A DNA stretch of 64,000 nucleotides from Candidatus Falkowbacteria bacterium RIFOXYC2_FULL_36_12. GTDB taxonomy: Bacteria > Patescibacteriota > Patescibacteriia > UBA11705. The notes under the pieces are model-generated. The model worked only from the letters and a program-made list of their open reading frames with translations. It ran no database searches and was not told where the DNA came from. The DNA lies in NCBI GenBank assembly GCA_001778235.1, contig MFGJ01000008.1, positions 129,148-193,147 on the forward strand, in the 5' to 3' direction. Numbering within the stretch: position 1 is the stretch's first letter; every line of letters begins with the position of its first letter. Shown here piece by piece: positions 30,767-40,644 of the stretch. The position numbers and the translations under genes are program-made.

Positions 30767-31158
30767 CAAATTTGTTCTATAGGTATTCCTTCAAAAATCC
30801 TCTGCAGAATAACCCCAAGTGGCAAGTTATCATCATAATGATGAACAACCCGAATCAAAGCTTCATCTTGTTCAAAATCACTTTGACTCAATTCACCTTT
30901 TGCAACTCTGAAAACCCAACCAGGAAAAGGAATTACTGCTACCCAAATACTTTTTCCAGAACACTTATTCCTCCCAAAATGCAATTCAGCTATAGCTGGA
31001 GAAAATTCAAACGGTTTACCACCAATAAACATATGAAACAAATTAGCGGACCTGAATGCTTCAACCGGAACATCTGAACGAAAAATAAAATATTTTGCAA
31101 ATTTTGGAAATTCTTTATGACCATTAATAATTACATAACTTACAATTTGATCACTCAT
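30766..31158 (-). CDS. Hypothetical protein (orphan unit C, gene 2)
   Basis: ATG at 31158 after AAGGAG, overlapping the upstream stop (ATGAGTGA). Confidence 0.65.
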   Translation of the reverse strand: MSDQIVSYVIINGHKEFPKFAKYFIFRSDVPVEAFRSANLFHMFIGGKPFEFSPAIAELHFGRNKCSGKSIWVAVIPFPGWVFRVAKGELSQSDFEQDEALIRVVHHYDDNLPLGVILQRIFEGIPIEQI

Positions 31159-31567
31159 CACGCATATCTCCTTTTTCCTTCCCACAGCCATTTCTTAACC
31201 ATCGCAGATACAAATCATCAATAAAAGCAACCATTCTCTTTTCCGTATCCCTTGCGTCCTCGTTATCATCATACTTAAACTCTTCACACCACCTAAGATT
31301 CTGTAAAGTTACCCAGATATCAAAATCAAGAGAACTAAATTCACTATGTTTATCCACGACAAGAACAATCTCAAACTTATCTCCCAACCAATATTCAGTT
31401 TGCGTTTTTTGCCAATCACTTACCTGATATCGATATGAACCTTGCCTAAGGACCAAAGACTTCATTTTAAAAGCAAACACAGGAATTTTTCTAATAATAA
31501 CAAAACCTCTTGGCTTTTTTTCATTATCCAAACATCTTACAAAAATAACAACTGGTACCGTTTGCAT
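31151..31567 (-). CDS. Hypothetical protein (orphan unit C, gene 1)
   Basis: ATG after AAGGGAGA SD; no recognisable motif. Confidence 0.65.
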   Translation of the reverse strand: MQTVPVVIFVRCLDNEKKPRGFVIIRKIPVFAFKMKSLVLRQGSYRYQVSDWQKTQTEYWLGDKFEIVLVVDKHSEFSSLDFDIWVTLQNLRWCEEFKYDDNEDARDTEKRMVAFIDDLYLRWLRNGCGKEKGDMRDE

Positions 31568-31584
31568 TATTGTGTCTCCCTTCT

Positions 31585-31633
31585 TTGATCAAAGAACACA
31601 TCAATAACTTATCACAAATATTAATTTTTGCAA
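31585..31633 (-). promoter_or_regulatory. Unit C promoter plus boxA-like motif
   Basis: TTGCAA-N13-TGa-TAAGTT, then TGTTCTTTGATCAA (31598-31585). Confidence 0.6.
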
Positions 31634-31685
31634 CACAAAAAAGAACATCCAAAATGTTCTTTTTCATTATAATAAACTTAAAAAT

Positions 31686-33323
31686 CTATTGAGGACCTTG
31701 AATCAATTTTCCTGTATATGCATTTACATAGAATATCCCACCTATTTTTGATGACCGCACTTTCAATACAGCAGAATTCATATATCTCTCAACGCTCAAC
31801 TTCCCATATTTTTTTGGAAAAGTAAAATACTTATAAACCGAATGATCACTATACCTTACTTTTATATTTCCATTAGTCAGTCCAACCGCCGAGAGGAGAT
31901 ATCTATTTGCAAAATTTACATTGTATGGATCAATTGTTGAAAGAAAAGGATGTAACCCATTATTCTGAATAGTATTTATCTCATCAATTTCTCCATCTCC
32001 ATCATTATCTCTTCTATCGCCTTTGAATTCCACACCAACTGAATACACCCCATCATCAAAATCATAATTATTTACTACATAACCTACTGGTACATTCCCA
32101 CAAACACTAATTGAAACAACTTTGCTTCCAAGTCCATCTCCATCATTATCTTGATAATAACTGCTACCACCAGCCCCGACCAAAGTTGTTGTATCATCAC
32201 AATCTAATTCAATTTCAACTCCATCGTTATCAAAATCATTGTCATTCAAATCATTGTTATTAGCCACATAACCACTTAGCATTGAACAACTTTGAATCAC
32301 ATCACCATATCCCAAGCCATCACCGTCTTGGTCAATGTAATAATTATTTGAAGCAAACAATTCTGGATTTTGTGGGGCACAATCATTTAAATCTAAAACT
32401 CCATCTCCATCAAAATCACGCCGAACAACTGGGAAATTAAAATGCCGTGTAATTGTCGAGGTACTATCATGAGCAATCAATATTTCAGCCATATTTGTCA
32501 TTGGAACTGATTTAATTACAACACCCTCTCTGGCATCACCAGGTACATCTGTATAAGTATTAATTACTGTCCGTCCATCTGGAGTTAACTCAAACAAATA
32601 ATTATATCCATCATCATAAAGCACAAACAATGTTCCGGTATCTTTACTAAAAAACAAGTCAGAAACATTTCTATTCGGCAATGCAGAATTCAAATTCAAA
32701 TACCCAAGAGAAGTCACTTCCCCGTTCACAGCCAAATTAACATCAAAAGCATAAATCAAACCATCGTCTACAGTTGTATCATTGTTAATATCAACTGGTC
32801 TCTGAACACCAGCATAAAAAACTCCACCAGAGGCTCTATCTCCATATGGATGAAAACCATTTGGGACAAAAGCTAATCCCTCTAATCCAGAATTAGCAGG
32901 ACCAGTAAGCCAAGTTGTCAAATCCCATTTTTTTGGTATTTGAGGACTATTAACCGGTGAAGTAATATCAAATTCATAAATTGCATCTGGATTTTCAACA
33001 CCAACATATATTTTATTACTATTGGGGTCAACAATTGTAAGAGCTTCAAAATCTCCGCCCATCTTCCAAGTCAGCTGATTACTTCCATCTGCATTCATCA
33101 TTGTAATTCTGTTTCCATCACTGGTCAGATCACTTACTGAAAATAATTTTTTAGTTACTTCATTCCAAGCTAAACCACTTGGTTCATAAGGACTTGGCAA
33201 ATTAATTGTATCCGCCGTTGTTATACCAGTCGCTGGCCATGTAGCACCGAAAACAACTGTCGGCATTACCAACATAAAAAAAACAAAAGTCGCTAAACTA
33301 AATTTAATTTTCATAATATACAA
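31686..33323 (-). CDS. Secreted protein: beta-propeller-like domain plus DxDGDG/DCDD acidic metal-binding repeats
   Basis: Signal peptide; EPSGLAW / DFEALT / LEGLAF blade-like motifs; YYIDQDGDGLG, YYQDNDGDGLG, DNDGDGEIDE. Confidence 0.7.
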   Translation of the reverse strand: MYIMKIKFSLATFVFFMLVMPTVVFGATWPATGITTADTINLPSPYEPSGLAWNEVTKKLFSVSDLTSDGNRITMMNADGSNQLTWKMGGDFEALTIVDPNSNKIYVGVENPDAIYEFDITSPVNSPQIPKKWDLTTWLTGPANSGLEGLAFVPNGFHPYGDRASGGVFYAGVQRPVDINNDTTVDDGLIYAFDVNLAVNGEVTSLGYLNLNSALPNRNVSDLFFSKDTGTLFVLYDDGYNYLFELTPDGRTVINTYTDVPGDAREGVVIKSVPMTNMAEILIAHDSTSTITRHFNFPVVRRDFDGDGVLDLNDCAPQNPELFASNNYYIDQDGDGLGYGDVIQSCSMLSGYVANNNDLNDNDFDNDGVEIELDCDDTTTLVGAGGSSYYQDNDGDGLGSKVVSISVCGNVPVGYVVNNYDFDDGVYSVGVEFKGDRRDNDGDGEIDEINTIQNNGLHPFLSTIDPYNVNFANRYLLSAVGLTNGNIKVRYSDHSVYKYFTFPKKYGKLSVERYMNSAVLKVRSSKIGGIFYVNAYTGKLIQGPQ

Positions 33324-33388
33324 ATTATTAATAATTCCTCAAGCATATTGTACCATAACATAAAATATTCATTTCCAATACTAGTTTA

Positions 33389-34282
33389 TTACTCAAACTC
33401 AATCAAATCATAATTCCTATCCCTCAAATACTTATCTGTCACATCATAAAGAACTGGTGCAAAATTTGTAATTACTTTTTGAGTTTTTATAATTTTACCT
33501 TGTTTTTTTTCTTCTTGCCAAATTTCATTATATCTATAATATTTATTTTTATATTTCACAAAAAAATGTTCCTTTTCAAATACATGAAACTTCGAACTCA
33601 TCGAATCTTCAGCTAAAATCTGTCCCTTCAAATGTTGATCAGTCAACCAAATTTTTAATTGTAATGGAGTATCGGAAATATTCCGAACTTTTAAGTCAAC
33701 AAAATTATATAAAATTGTCGCACCACTACCAAAGGGGAGCACTCGACCAGAGTCTGGGAAAACATCTTTTGAATGATGATATCGCTGAATTATTTCCACT
33801 GGAGCATGTAAAAACATCCAATACAACAAATTTGACATCTGGCACAAACCACCACCCATACCTTCAACCACTTCACCATTAGATAGCAACATACCAGTTG
33901 TAAATCCTCGACCAAATGTTGGTTTGCCGACTATGTGCCAGAATGAAAACACTCTACCTGGTGGAATAATTATTCCATTTAATCTTTCTCCGGCAACCGA
34001 TAAATTCAAAATTTTCTGTCTTTGCAATCTTTCAGTTGAATCTCCGAGCTTCCTCATCAACAATGACTGATGCCTGACAACAACATTATCAAAAAAATCT
34101 TTGTTATTTCTAATATTCACGACATGAAGTAACCAATTTCTCCAAAAAGTTAGGTGAACTCGTAATGAAATAATCGGTTTTTTTAAAAATGGAAAGCGAG
34201 AAGAAAGCGCTCGCCTTTTTGGTTCTTCGAGCAATCGAATTTTGTATTTAAGTTGTTTTTTCAATTTTTCAATCCCCTCCAT
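33389..34282 (-). CDS. VanW family protein
   Basis: NGIIIPPGRVFSFW, GGGLCQMSNLLY, RYHHS, YNFVDLK. Confidence 0.88.
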   Translation of the reverse strand: MEGIEKLKKQLKYKIRLLEEPKRRALSSRFPFLKKPIISLRVHLTFWRNWLLHVVNIRNNKDFFDNVVVRHQSLLMRKLGDSTERLQRQKILNLSVAGERLNGIIIPPGRVFSFWHIVGKPTFGRGFTTGMLLSNGEVVEGMGGGLCQMSNLLYWMFLHAPVEIIQRYHHSKDVFPDSGRVLPFGSGATILYNFVDLKVRNISDTPLQLKIWLTDQHLKGQILAEDSMSSKFHVFEKEHFFVKYKNKYYRYNEIWQEEKKQGKIIKTQKVITNFAPVLYDVTDKYLRDRNYDLIEFE

Positions 34283-34375
34283 AACTTTTTACTTGTCAGG
34301 CTGAATTTTTTCAGCCTCTAACTAAATCCTAAAATCTAAACTTACGACACTCCTATAGCAACTGGAGACCAATAA

Positions 34376-34705
34376 CTATCTATCATCTCCATCACCATGA
34401 ATCTGATTTCTCTCAAAGCGTGAATAAAGTTTCTCAATATTCAATTCAGCTACTTCATCAAGAGAAATTTGCAATTCAGTACAAATCTGGGCTACATACC
34501 ACAAAACATCGCCCAATTCTTTTTTTATTTCTTGCCTTTTTTCATTTGTCACTTCGCCATTATTATCACGAATAACTTTTTTTATTTTTTCTGCCACTTC
34601 GCCCGATTCACCAGCCAAACCCAATACAGGATAAACATAATTATTTCCCTTATCCGGATAAAGCGCAGTTTTCCTTGATGCAATTTGATATTGTGTAAAA
34701 TTCAT
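34376..34705 (-). CDS. MazG-like nucleoside triphosphate pyrophosphohydrolase
   Basis: LGLAGESGEVAEKIKK, ELGDVLWYVA, NIEKL. Confidence 0.9.
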   Translation of the reverse strand: MNFTQYQIASRKTALYPDKGNNYVYPVLGLAGESGEVAEKIKKVIRDNNGEVTNEKRQEIKKELGDVLWYVAQICTELQISLDEVAELNIEKLYSRFERNQIHGDGDDR

Positions 34706-34709
34706 AATT

Positions 34710-35222
34710 TTATTCAGTAATAATTCTTAAAGCCTCCTTTAACAAAACTAGATCGCGCAAGACAACATATTTTCCTTCATAACTATCAGGTTTATCCAAC
34801 TCCATTAACTTTATTGCTTCTTCAATCGGAACGAACATCAAACTAAACTTTCTATCTTTTTCTCTTTTTGTAAAGTTTGGCTCTTTTCTTTCAATTACTC
34901 GTGCAAAATAACATTTTGATAACTGATGCAATTTAAATTCATTTCTATATTCTTCAACCACACCTAATTCAGCCTCAATCTCAATTTTACAACCAGTTTC
35001 TTCTTTGCATTCTCTTTTCAAAGCTTCATCTATTTCCTCTCCAGCCTCAACACCACCACCAGGCAACTTATGATATTTTTCTTTCTGAACATTGAGCAAA
35101 GCAATTTCGCCCATCTCATTAAACAAAACAGCGCGCCCAGCAGTTCTCTCCTTATATTCATCCAGTTTTCTGAACTTTACGCCTGAAATATCATCATCGG
35201 TAATGGTTTTAAGTAATTTCAT
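34710..35222 (-). CDS. NUDIX hydrolase
   Basis: Nudix box GGGVEAGEEIDEALKRECKEETG. Confidence 0.92.
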   Translation of the reverse strand: MKLLKTITDDDISGVKFRKLDEYKERTAGRAVLFNEMGEIALLNVQKEKYHKLPGGGVEAGEEIDEALKRECKEETGCKIEIEAELGVVEEYRNEFKLHQLSKCYFARVIERKEPNFTKREKDRKFSLMFVPIEEAIKLMELDKPDSYEGKYVVLRDLVLLKEALRIITE

Positions 35223-35362
35223 ATTTTTTATTTACCAATAAACCTCTTCTTGCTTATACTGTGACAATCTCAAAGGGATCTAAAAAGTTTAATAACATCT
35301 TATCGTTTACGCAAATGTTTTTTTACAATCTCCAGATAGAATCCCAATTTTTTCAATCGTTC

Positions 35363-37915
35363 TTAAATAATTTTTGCGTTTGGATAATTTTTACTTAAAT
35401 CTTCTCTTTGTTTTATTGACAAATTCTTACAATAAATTTTCCCCTGGAAAGCAACCGGCAGTTTCAAACCTTCAGCCGTCTTTAATCCTGACAAATCAAT
35501 ATCACCGCCAATGTTCTCGGGCAGTTTCAAACCATCAGCTGTCGTTAATCCTGACAACACAAGATCCCCACCAATGCTCTCGGGCAATTTCAATCCTTCA
35601 GCTGTCGTTAATCCTGACAACACAAAATCCCCACCAATGCTCTCGGGCAGTTTCAAGCCTTCGACTGTCATTAATCCGTTCAAAAAAAGATCACTGCCAA
35701 TGCTCTCGGGCAATTTCAATCCTTCAGCTGTCGTTAATCCTGACAAATAAAGCTTACCGCCAATACTCTCGGGCAGTTTCAAGCCTTCAGCTGTCGTTAA
35801 TCCTGACAACTCAAGATCCCTGCCAATGTTCTCGGGCAGTTTCAAGCCTTTAGCCGTCGTTAATCCTGACAAATCAAGATCCCTGCCAATGTTCTCGGGC
35901 AGATTCAAGCCTTTAGCCGTCGTTAATTTCATCAAAGACAAAGAGCCACCAATAATCTCGGGCAATTTCAATCCTTCAGCTGTTGTTAAATCCTGCAACT
36001 CAAGATTACCACCAATACACTCTGGCATTATCAATCCTTTAGCCGTCGTTAATCCTGATAAATTAAGAAGTCCGCCAATGCTCTCGGGTAGTTTCAAACC
36101 ATCAGCCGTCTTTAATCCACGCAATGCAAGAGAGCCACCAATACTCTTGGGCAGTTCCAAGCCTTTAGCGGTTGTTAATCCTGACAAATAAAGATTACCG
36201 CCAATACTCTCGGGTAGTTTCAAGCCTTCAGCTGTCTCTAATCCTGACAAATAAAGCTTACCGCCAATACTCTCGGGCAGATTCAAGCCTTCAGCCGTCG
36301 TTAATCCTGACAAATCAAGATTACCACCAATAATCTTGGGCAATTTCAATCCTTCAGCCGTCGTTAATCCTGACAAATCAATATCCCTGCCAATGTTCTC
36401 GGGCAATTTCAATCCTTCAGCTGTCGTTAATCCTGACAAAGAAAGATTACCATAATGAAATTTAATTTCACCACTCACAGCTTCCTCATTTGTCAAGCTT
36501 ATCTTATCCTTGGGAAAACCTGTCACCACCACCAAATCAGCCCTTATATCCTTTCGGTTACTCTTGATTTCTTCCAAACGCGGATCAGCCTCATAACCAA
36601 ATCCTTTAATTTTACCGTCAAACTCATACAAAAATCTCAAATCACTCTTTGCCAGTTCTTGCCCTTGTCTATTTCTCTCCCAAACATCTGTCAATTGCTC
36701 CATATCTGCAGTCTTCTGCTTGTACTCATCTCCTTCCTTGCCAAATTCATCCATTTTCTTTTCCACCACTGGACCAATATATGGATCCAGATTCTGATCA
36801 GTCGCTATACCTCGGACTTCAGCGATTTTTTCTTTCCCCTCCATGCGTATCGCAATCCTAGGAATCACAGCTTCACCATCTTCATTATAGGAATAATAGA
36901 CATAAAAATCTCCTCCTGCCAACTGTTTTCTGGCCGTCTCAATATCAGCTGTGCACCATTCTAGTGGATAACCCTCAAGGCTTTTTACCAACTCATCCGG
37001 TTTTGATTTCTGCGGGAAAATTTTCCACTCTCCTTTAATTTCCTCCAGTCCTTCAGTCGCGTATTCAGGAATTTCCAGTAAAAATTGTGCGTAAAGTTTG
37101 GCAAAGTTTTCCTTCGATAATAATTTAATAAATTCATTTTCCTTTAATTTCTTACTGTCATTTTTTATTTGCAATTTCAACAATTCTTCCTCTCTTTGTT
37201 CTTTGGGCTTTTGCTTTTCTCTCGCCACCCTTTCTTTTTCTTCCAAATAACCAATCATCACTCCGATTGTTTTTGCCAAGGCCCGAGAGTTCAAGAGTGG
37301 AAAGGTGTTTGTAGTTGAACCAGTTCTTCGCTGAAACTGCGCCTTGACGCTTCCATTTATGTCTTCTTTTTTCACCAACTTGCCCATTTTCAGCATTGAA
37401 GTAAACGCCCAATACTTGGCCCACATCGGATACTGGGCATCGTCTGAAGTCAGGTAATTGAACCAAGTTTCTAAACTTTTCGCTTGGTTGTTTCTCACCA
37501 CCACCAACGACTGCTCCCTCATTTCTACCGGAAAAATATAGTTGACAATCTGCTCATCTGACTCATCTCTGATTACTCTTTTTTCCACCCCATTTTGTTC
37601 CAAATCTCCACCATATCCCTGACGAATCATTATTTCCGCCTGGTTATTCCAATATCCTTGAGGTATGTCATCAAGTGTTAGTGTCACATATCTCCGGTAA
37701 TAATATTGTTTTAGTCGTTCCATCACTTTCGGATCATCTCTGTGCCCCAAGTGGGTTCGCTCCAGCACCTTCATCCAATCCGACAACTTTTCCGCTGGCT
37801 TTTGCGTAGTCTGCTCACCACGCCGTTTTTTCCTATCCTGTTCATGCATCGCCGGATCAGACAAATGAAGCTCTGTATCTTTTTGATGTAAAAATTTTTC
37901 TCCAAAATTTGTCAT
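35363..37915 (-). CDS. Large protein with an uncharacterised N-terminal region and a C-terminal LRR-like solenoid
   Basis: 850 aa; WCTA..GDFYVYYS..PRIAIRME..EVRG motif block, then 16 x 21-aa repeats. Confidence 0.85.
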   Translation of the reverse strand: MTNFGEKFLHQKDTELHLSDPAMHEQDRKKRRGEQTTQKPAEKLSDWMKVLERTHLGHRDDPKVMERLKQYYYRRYVTLTLDDIPQGYWNNQAEIMIRQGYGGDLEQNGVEKRVIRDESDEQIVNYIFPVEMREQSLVVVRNNQAKSLETWFNYLTSDDAQYPMWAKYWAFTSMLKMGKLVKKEDINGSVKAQFQRRTGSTTNTFPLLNSRALAKTIGVMIGYLEEKERVAREKQKPKEQREEELLKLQIKNDSKKLKENEFIKLLSKENFAKLYAQFLLEIPEYATEGLEEIKGEWKIFPQKSKPDELVKSLEGYPLEWCTADIETARKQLAGGDFYVYYSYNEDGEAVIPRIAIRMEGKEKIAEVRGIATDQNLDPYIGPVVEKKMDEFGKEGDEYKQKTADMEQLTDVWERNRQGQELAKSDLRFLYEFDGKIKGFGYEADPRLEEIKSNRKDIRADLVVVTGFPKDKISLTNEEAVSGEIKFHYGNLSLSGLTTAEGLKLPENIGRDIDLSGLTTAEGLKLPKIIGGNLDLSGLTTAEGLNLPESIGGKLYLSGLETAEGLKLPESIGGNLYLSGLTTAKGLELPKSIGGSLALRGLKTADGLKLPESIGGLLNLSGLTTAKGLIMPECIGGNLELQDLTTAEGLKLPEIIGGSLSLMKLTTAKGLNLPENIGRDLDLSGLTTAKGLKLPENIGRDLELSGLTTAEGLKLPESIGGKLYLSGLTTAEGLKLPESIGSDLFLNGLMTVEGLKLPESIGGDFVLSGLTTAEGLKLPESIGGDLVLSGLTTADGLKLPENIGGDIDLSGLKTAEGLKLPVAFQGKIYCKNLSIKQREDLSKNYPNAKII
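35444..36451 (-). repeat. 16 tandem 63-bp coding repeats (xxLxLSGLTTAEGLKLPESIG)
   Basis: AATCCTGACAA recurs with a 63-nt period (for example 35484 and 35547). Confidence 0.95.
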
Positions 37916-38514
37916 ATTTTTAAAACTTTTAATAATGCCTCTTGTTCTTTTTTGTCTTTTAAAAATTTCTTGCCTTCCAGTAGTCTCTGTCTTGATATTT
38001 CATAAATAAATATCGCCGTTGTCACCGATACATTCAAACTCTGCACCATACCTCTCATTGGAATTATCAATTTCTTATCCAACATTGAAATTGCTTTTTC
38101 CGACAAACCCGCATGTTCATTGCCAATCAGCAATGCAATCTTATCATATTTTGTAAAAGCTTGATCATAAATTGACTCACAATCATCAGCCAGCACAGTC
38201 CCCATAATTACATATTTTTCTTTTTTCAATTCATTCAAACATTTTTCAGTTGAATCAAATTTCTGAAAATTCAACCACTTATTAGCTGATGCTGAACTAA
38301 CTTTACCGATTTTACGAGGATTATATGATTCTTGTTTTTCAAAAATAAGATAAACATCCTGAATGCCAAAAGCTTCAGCTGTCCGAAAAATTGCCCCCGC
38401 ATTGTGCGGATCATGAATATCTTCGAGCACCAGCACAATATTTTTCTGTCTTTTTCTTACAACATTTATTAATTTTTTCAATCTTTCTTTGGTCAACATA
38501 ACTATTTCTTCCAT
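37912..38514 (-). CDS. trmH: TrmH/SpoU-family RNA 2'-O-methyltransferase
   Basis: LEDIHDPHNAGAIFRTAEAFG, GNEHAGLS, IPMRGMVQSLNVSV. Confidence 0.85.
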   Translation of the reverse strand: MEEIVMLTKERLKKLINVVRKRQKNIVLVLEDIHDPHNAGAIFRTAEAFGIQDVYLIFEKQESYNPRKIGKVSSASANKWLNFQKFDSTEKCLNELKKEKYVIMGTVLADDCESIYDQAFTKYDKIALLIGNEHAGLSEKAISMLDKKLIIPMRGMVQSLNVSVTTAIFIYEISRQRLLEGKKFLKDKKEQEALLKVLKI

Positions 38515-38849
38515 TTACTTTGAGTAATAAATAAAACTCCAATTAACAACGGCAAAATTCCCACAAAAATAAAGACCAATCCTTCCCTATATGCCTGAAA
38601 AAACAAAGTAGAAACAATCGCTATTAATAAAAAAGCTATACCACCCAACCTTGATTTAAACCAAGAAAGAATCAATATCGCGATTAAAACAAATGCCGGT
38701 ATCATGTGAATCAAAAACCCTGCGATTAACCTCCAAACAGAAACGTCCGCAAAGTCGTCACTTTCAAAAACGTCAAAAGACATAACTATAAAAAACAAAA
38801 TACCAATTATCGCTAAAATTCTCGGCGTCCATTTTACAAAATTTTTCAT
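38502..38849 (-). CDS. Small 4-TM membrane protein
   Basis: WTPRILAI, SFDVF, GFLIHMIP; four hydrophobic segments. Confidence 0.75.
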   Translation of the reverse strand: MKNFVKWTPRILAIIGILFFIVMSFDVFESDDFADVSVWRLIAGFLIHMIPAFVLIAILILSWFKSRLGGIAFLLIAIVSTLFFQAYREGLVFIFVGILPLLIGVLFITQSKWKK

Positions 38850-38905
38850 ACTTAGTTTTATATTTATTATCTTTGTAATTTCCGTAATTTTTTGTAATTT
38901 TGTAT

Positions 38906-39304
38906 CTACAAATATTTCTCCTCAAAATCCTTCTCATCATTATACTTAGCAAATTTCTCATGATGAGGCGGGACTTTGAATCCTTGTTTCTTGGCATGCT
39001 GAATTCCGCACCAATAATATTCTGTCTCCGCCGCAATCTCTGACCAATATCTCACCACCCCATTACCATAACCGCAATAAACACAATATATCTTTTCAAA
39101 AATATTCAAATATTTCAATTTATGACGATCAATCAAAATATAATTGCTTCTCTTAACATATTTTATGCCACATAAAGGAAAACAAATTCTATGGTAAATC
39201 TCCATCCAAATATCCATGATTACCATCGGAATTAAAACAGAAGTAATTATCGGCATTACAAAAAAATGCTTTAGCATCCCCCATTTGGTTTTTATATATT
39301 TCAC
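38906..39304 (-). CDS. Hypothetical membrane-associated protein (GTG start)
   Basis: DRHKLKYLN..EK..CVYCGYGNG, YWCGIQH conserved-looking motifs. Confidence 0.75.
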   Translation of the reverse strand: MKYIKTKWGMLKHFFVMPIITSVLIPMVIMDIWMEIYHRICFPLCGIKYVKRSNYILIDRHKLKYLNIFEKIYCVYCGYGNGVVRYWSEIAAETEYYWCGIQHAKKQGFKVPPHHEKFAKYNDEKDFEEKYL

Positions 39305-39398
39305 ATCAAATTTTTTATTTTTTCAAATATAATTCATGCCTGCATTATAGCAAAAATTTTATCATAAATTAAATTTTTTATTCACTTGATTAACAATA

Positions 39399-39447
39399 TT
39401 GACAAAAACAATTATTTGTTATAATATTAAACATTGAATCTTGACAA
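39399..39447 (+). promoter_or_regulatory. Unit D promoter plus boxA-like motif
   Basis: TTGACA-N12-TGt-TATAAT (short spacer, perfect extended -10), then TGAATCTTGACAA (39435-39447). Confidence 0.6.
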
Positions 39448-39469
39448 CCTAGACAAAAAGAGAGGGGTA

Positions 39470-40015
39470 ATGAGTCAATACATTTTCATCCCAAGCTGTG
39501 AAGTTGCTCCACTCAATTCTTTGGAAAACACCCAAACATTGAAAAGATTAAAGAAGGGATTAGCTATCTGGCAAAATCATAACCGTACTATCATTGTTTC
39601 TGGTGGAATTTATTTACCACCCAATGTTCAAACAGTCCCATCAGGTCAGCTTATGAAAATTTGGTTGATTGCTAATGGTGTACCAGCTGAACAAATTATC
39701 GCTGAAACAAATTCACGAGATACTTATGAAAATATTTCAGGAGCTATGCAACTCATTTCTTCAGATACAAACCCTCAAATCACCGTTGTTTCCCAATGGC
39801 AACATTGTTTCCGAATCTTCATAACCTTTTTCCGAGCATATCATATCAGAGTTAAAACCAAACCAATGTTTTATTCAATTGGTCTCAAATCAACCCTCCT
39901 TGAATTTATAATTATATTAATTCATCTTTTTGATAAAAATGGTACGGGAAAAATCAGTAGCCGAAACCGATCTAACCGGACTTACGGGAGACAAGGAAAC
40001 AAACATGCGACCTGA
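39470..40015 (+). CDS. YdcF/DUF218 family protein (unit D, gene 1)
   Basis: IIVSGG, GVPAEQIIAETNSRDTYEN, VVSQWQHCFR; ATG at 39470 after AGAGGGG. Confidence 0.8.
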   Translation: MSQYIFIPSCEVAPLNSLENTQTLKRLKKGLAIWQNHNRTIIVSGGIYLPPNVQTVPSGQLMKIWLIANGVPAEQIIAETNSRDTYENISGAMQLISSDTNPQITVVSQWQHCFRIFITFFRAYHIRVKTKPMFYSIGLKSTLLEFIIILIHLFDKNGTGKISSRNRSNRTYGRQGNKHAT

Positions 40016-40262
40016 CCAACATCCTGATTTGGTATCAATGGGTGTGGGAAAAATCACATGCGACAAATGCATGTTGAATTTATTTCAAGGTGAACCCGAT
40101 GAAACCTGTGAAGATTGTAAATTGAATATTCTAATCCATGGAACTCCATCTGAAAAACAAGCTCATATTCGAGCATTAGTTGATGAAATTAATTCTGCAG
40201 ATACTCAAGCAGTTATTAAAAGCTACATAGATCTCATACCAACGAAACAGCAAAGGAGCTAA
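40005..40262 (+). CDS. Hypothetical protein with two CxxC motifs (unit D, gene 2)
   Basis: ATG at 40005 after GGAGACAAGGA; CDKC...CEDC. Confidence 0.65.
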   Translation: MRPDQHPDLVSMGVGKITCDKCMLNLFQGEPDETCEDCKLNILIHGTPSEKQAHIRALVDEINSADTQAVIKSYIDLIPTKQQRS

Positions 40263-40264
40263 AC

Positions 40265-40642
40265 ATGAACTACCCGATCAAACCACATCACATTTTTATT
40301 GGTTTTGAAGATTCAGAACTACATTTCCGAAATGCAGAAGAATTAGAAACTATTGGTAGTCGTGAACCAGCAATCTTTGTTGCACTATTAAAAATGGCTC
40401 AATCTCGTGATAACTGGTCTCCTTTCACCTGCGAAGATTTTCAACCATTTATTGATAATAACCGTTATGACACCCTCGCTAAAATCCGCATAGAACTTGA
40501 CTGGTTTACTTCTGATGATCTCGCCTGGCTTGGTAGAACCGAAGATGGGAAATACAGATTCACCCACGAATTCGTTTCAACCTGTTTCAAAATCAGCCCT
40601 GCACCAGATTGTATTGTCCAAAGCGAACAACAGGAGCAATAA
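40265..40642 (+). CDS. Hypothetical protein (unit D, gene 3; paralog of the next gene)
   Basis: AAGGAG SD; shares YPI, SR..F and FTH.FV.TCF..PA with 40645-41232. Confidence 0.7.
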   Translation: MNYPIKPHHIFIGFEDSELHFRNAEELETIGSREPAIFVALLKMAQSRDNWSPFTCEDFQPFIDNNRYDTLAKIRIELDWFTSDDLAWLGRTEDGKYRFTHEFVSTCFKISPAPDCIVQSEQQEQ

Positions 40643-40644
40643 TA

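Noticed and set aside
35444-36451. CRISPR array or diversity-generating retroelement target
   Set aside because: Repeats are contiguous, in-frame and lack unique spacers; there are no cas genes, reverse transcriptase or template repeat in the window.
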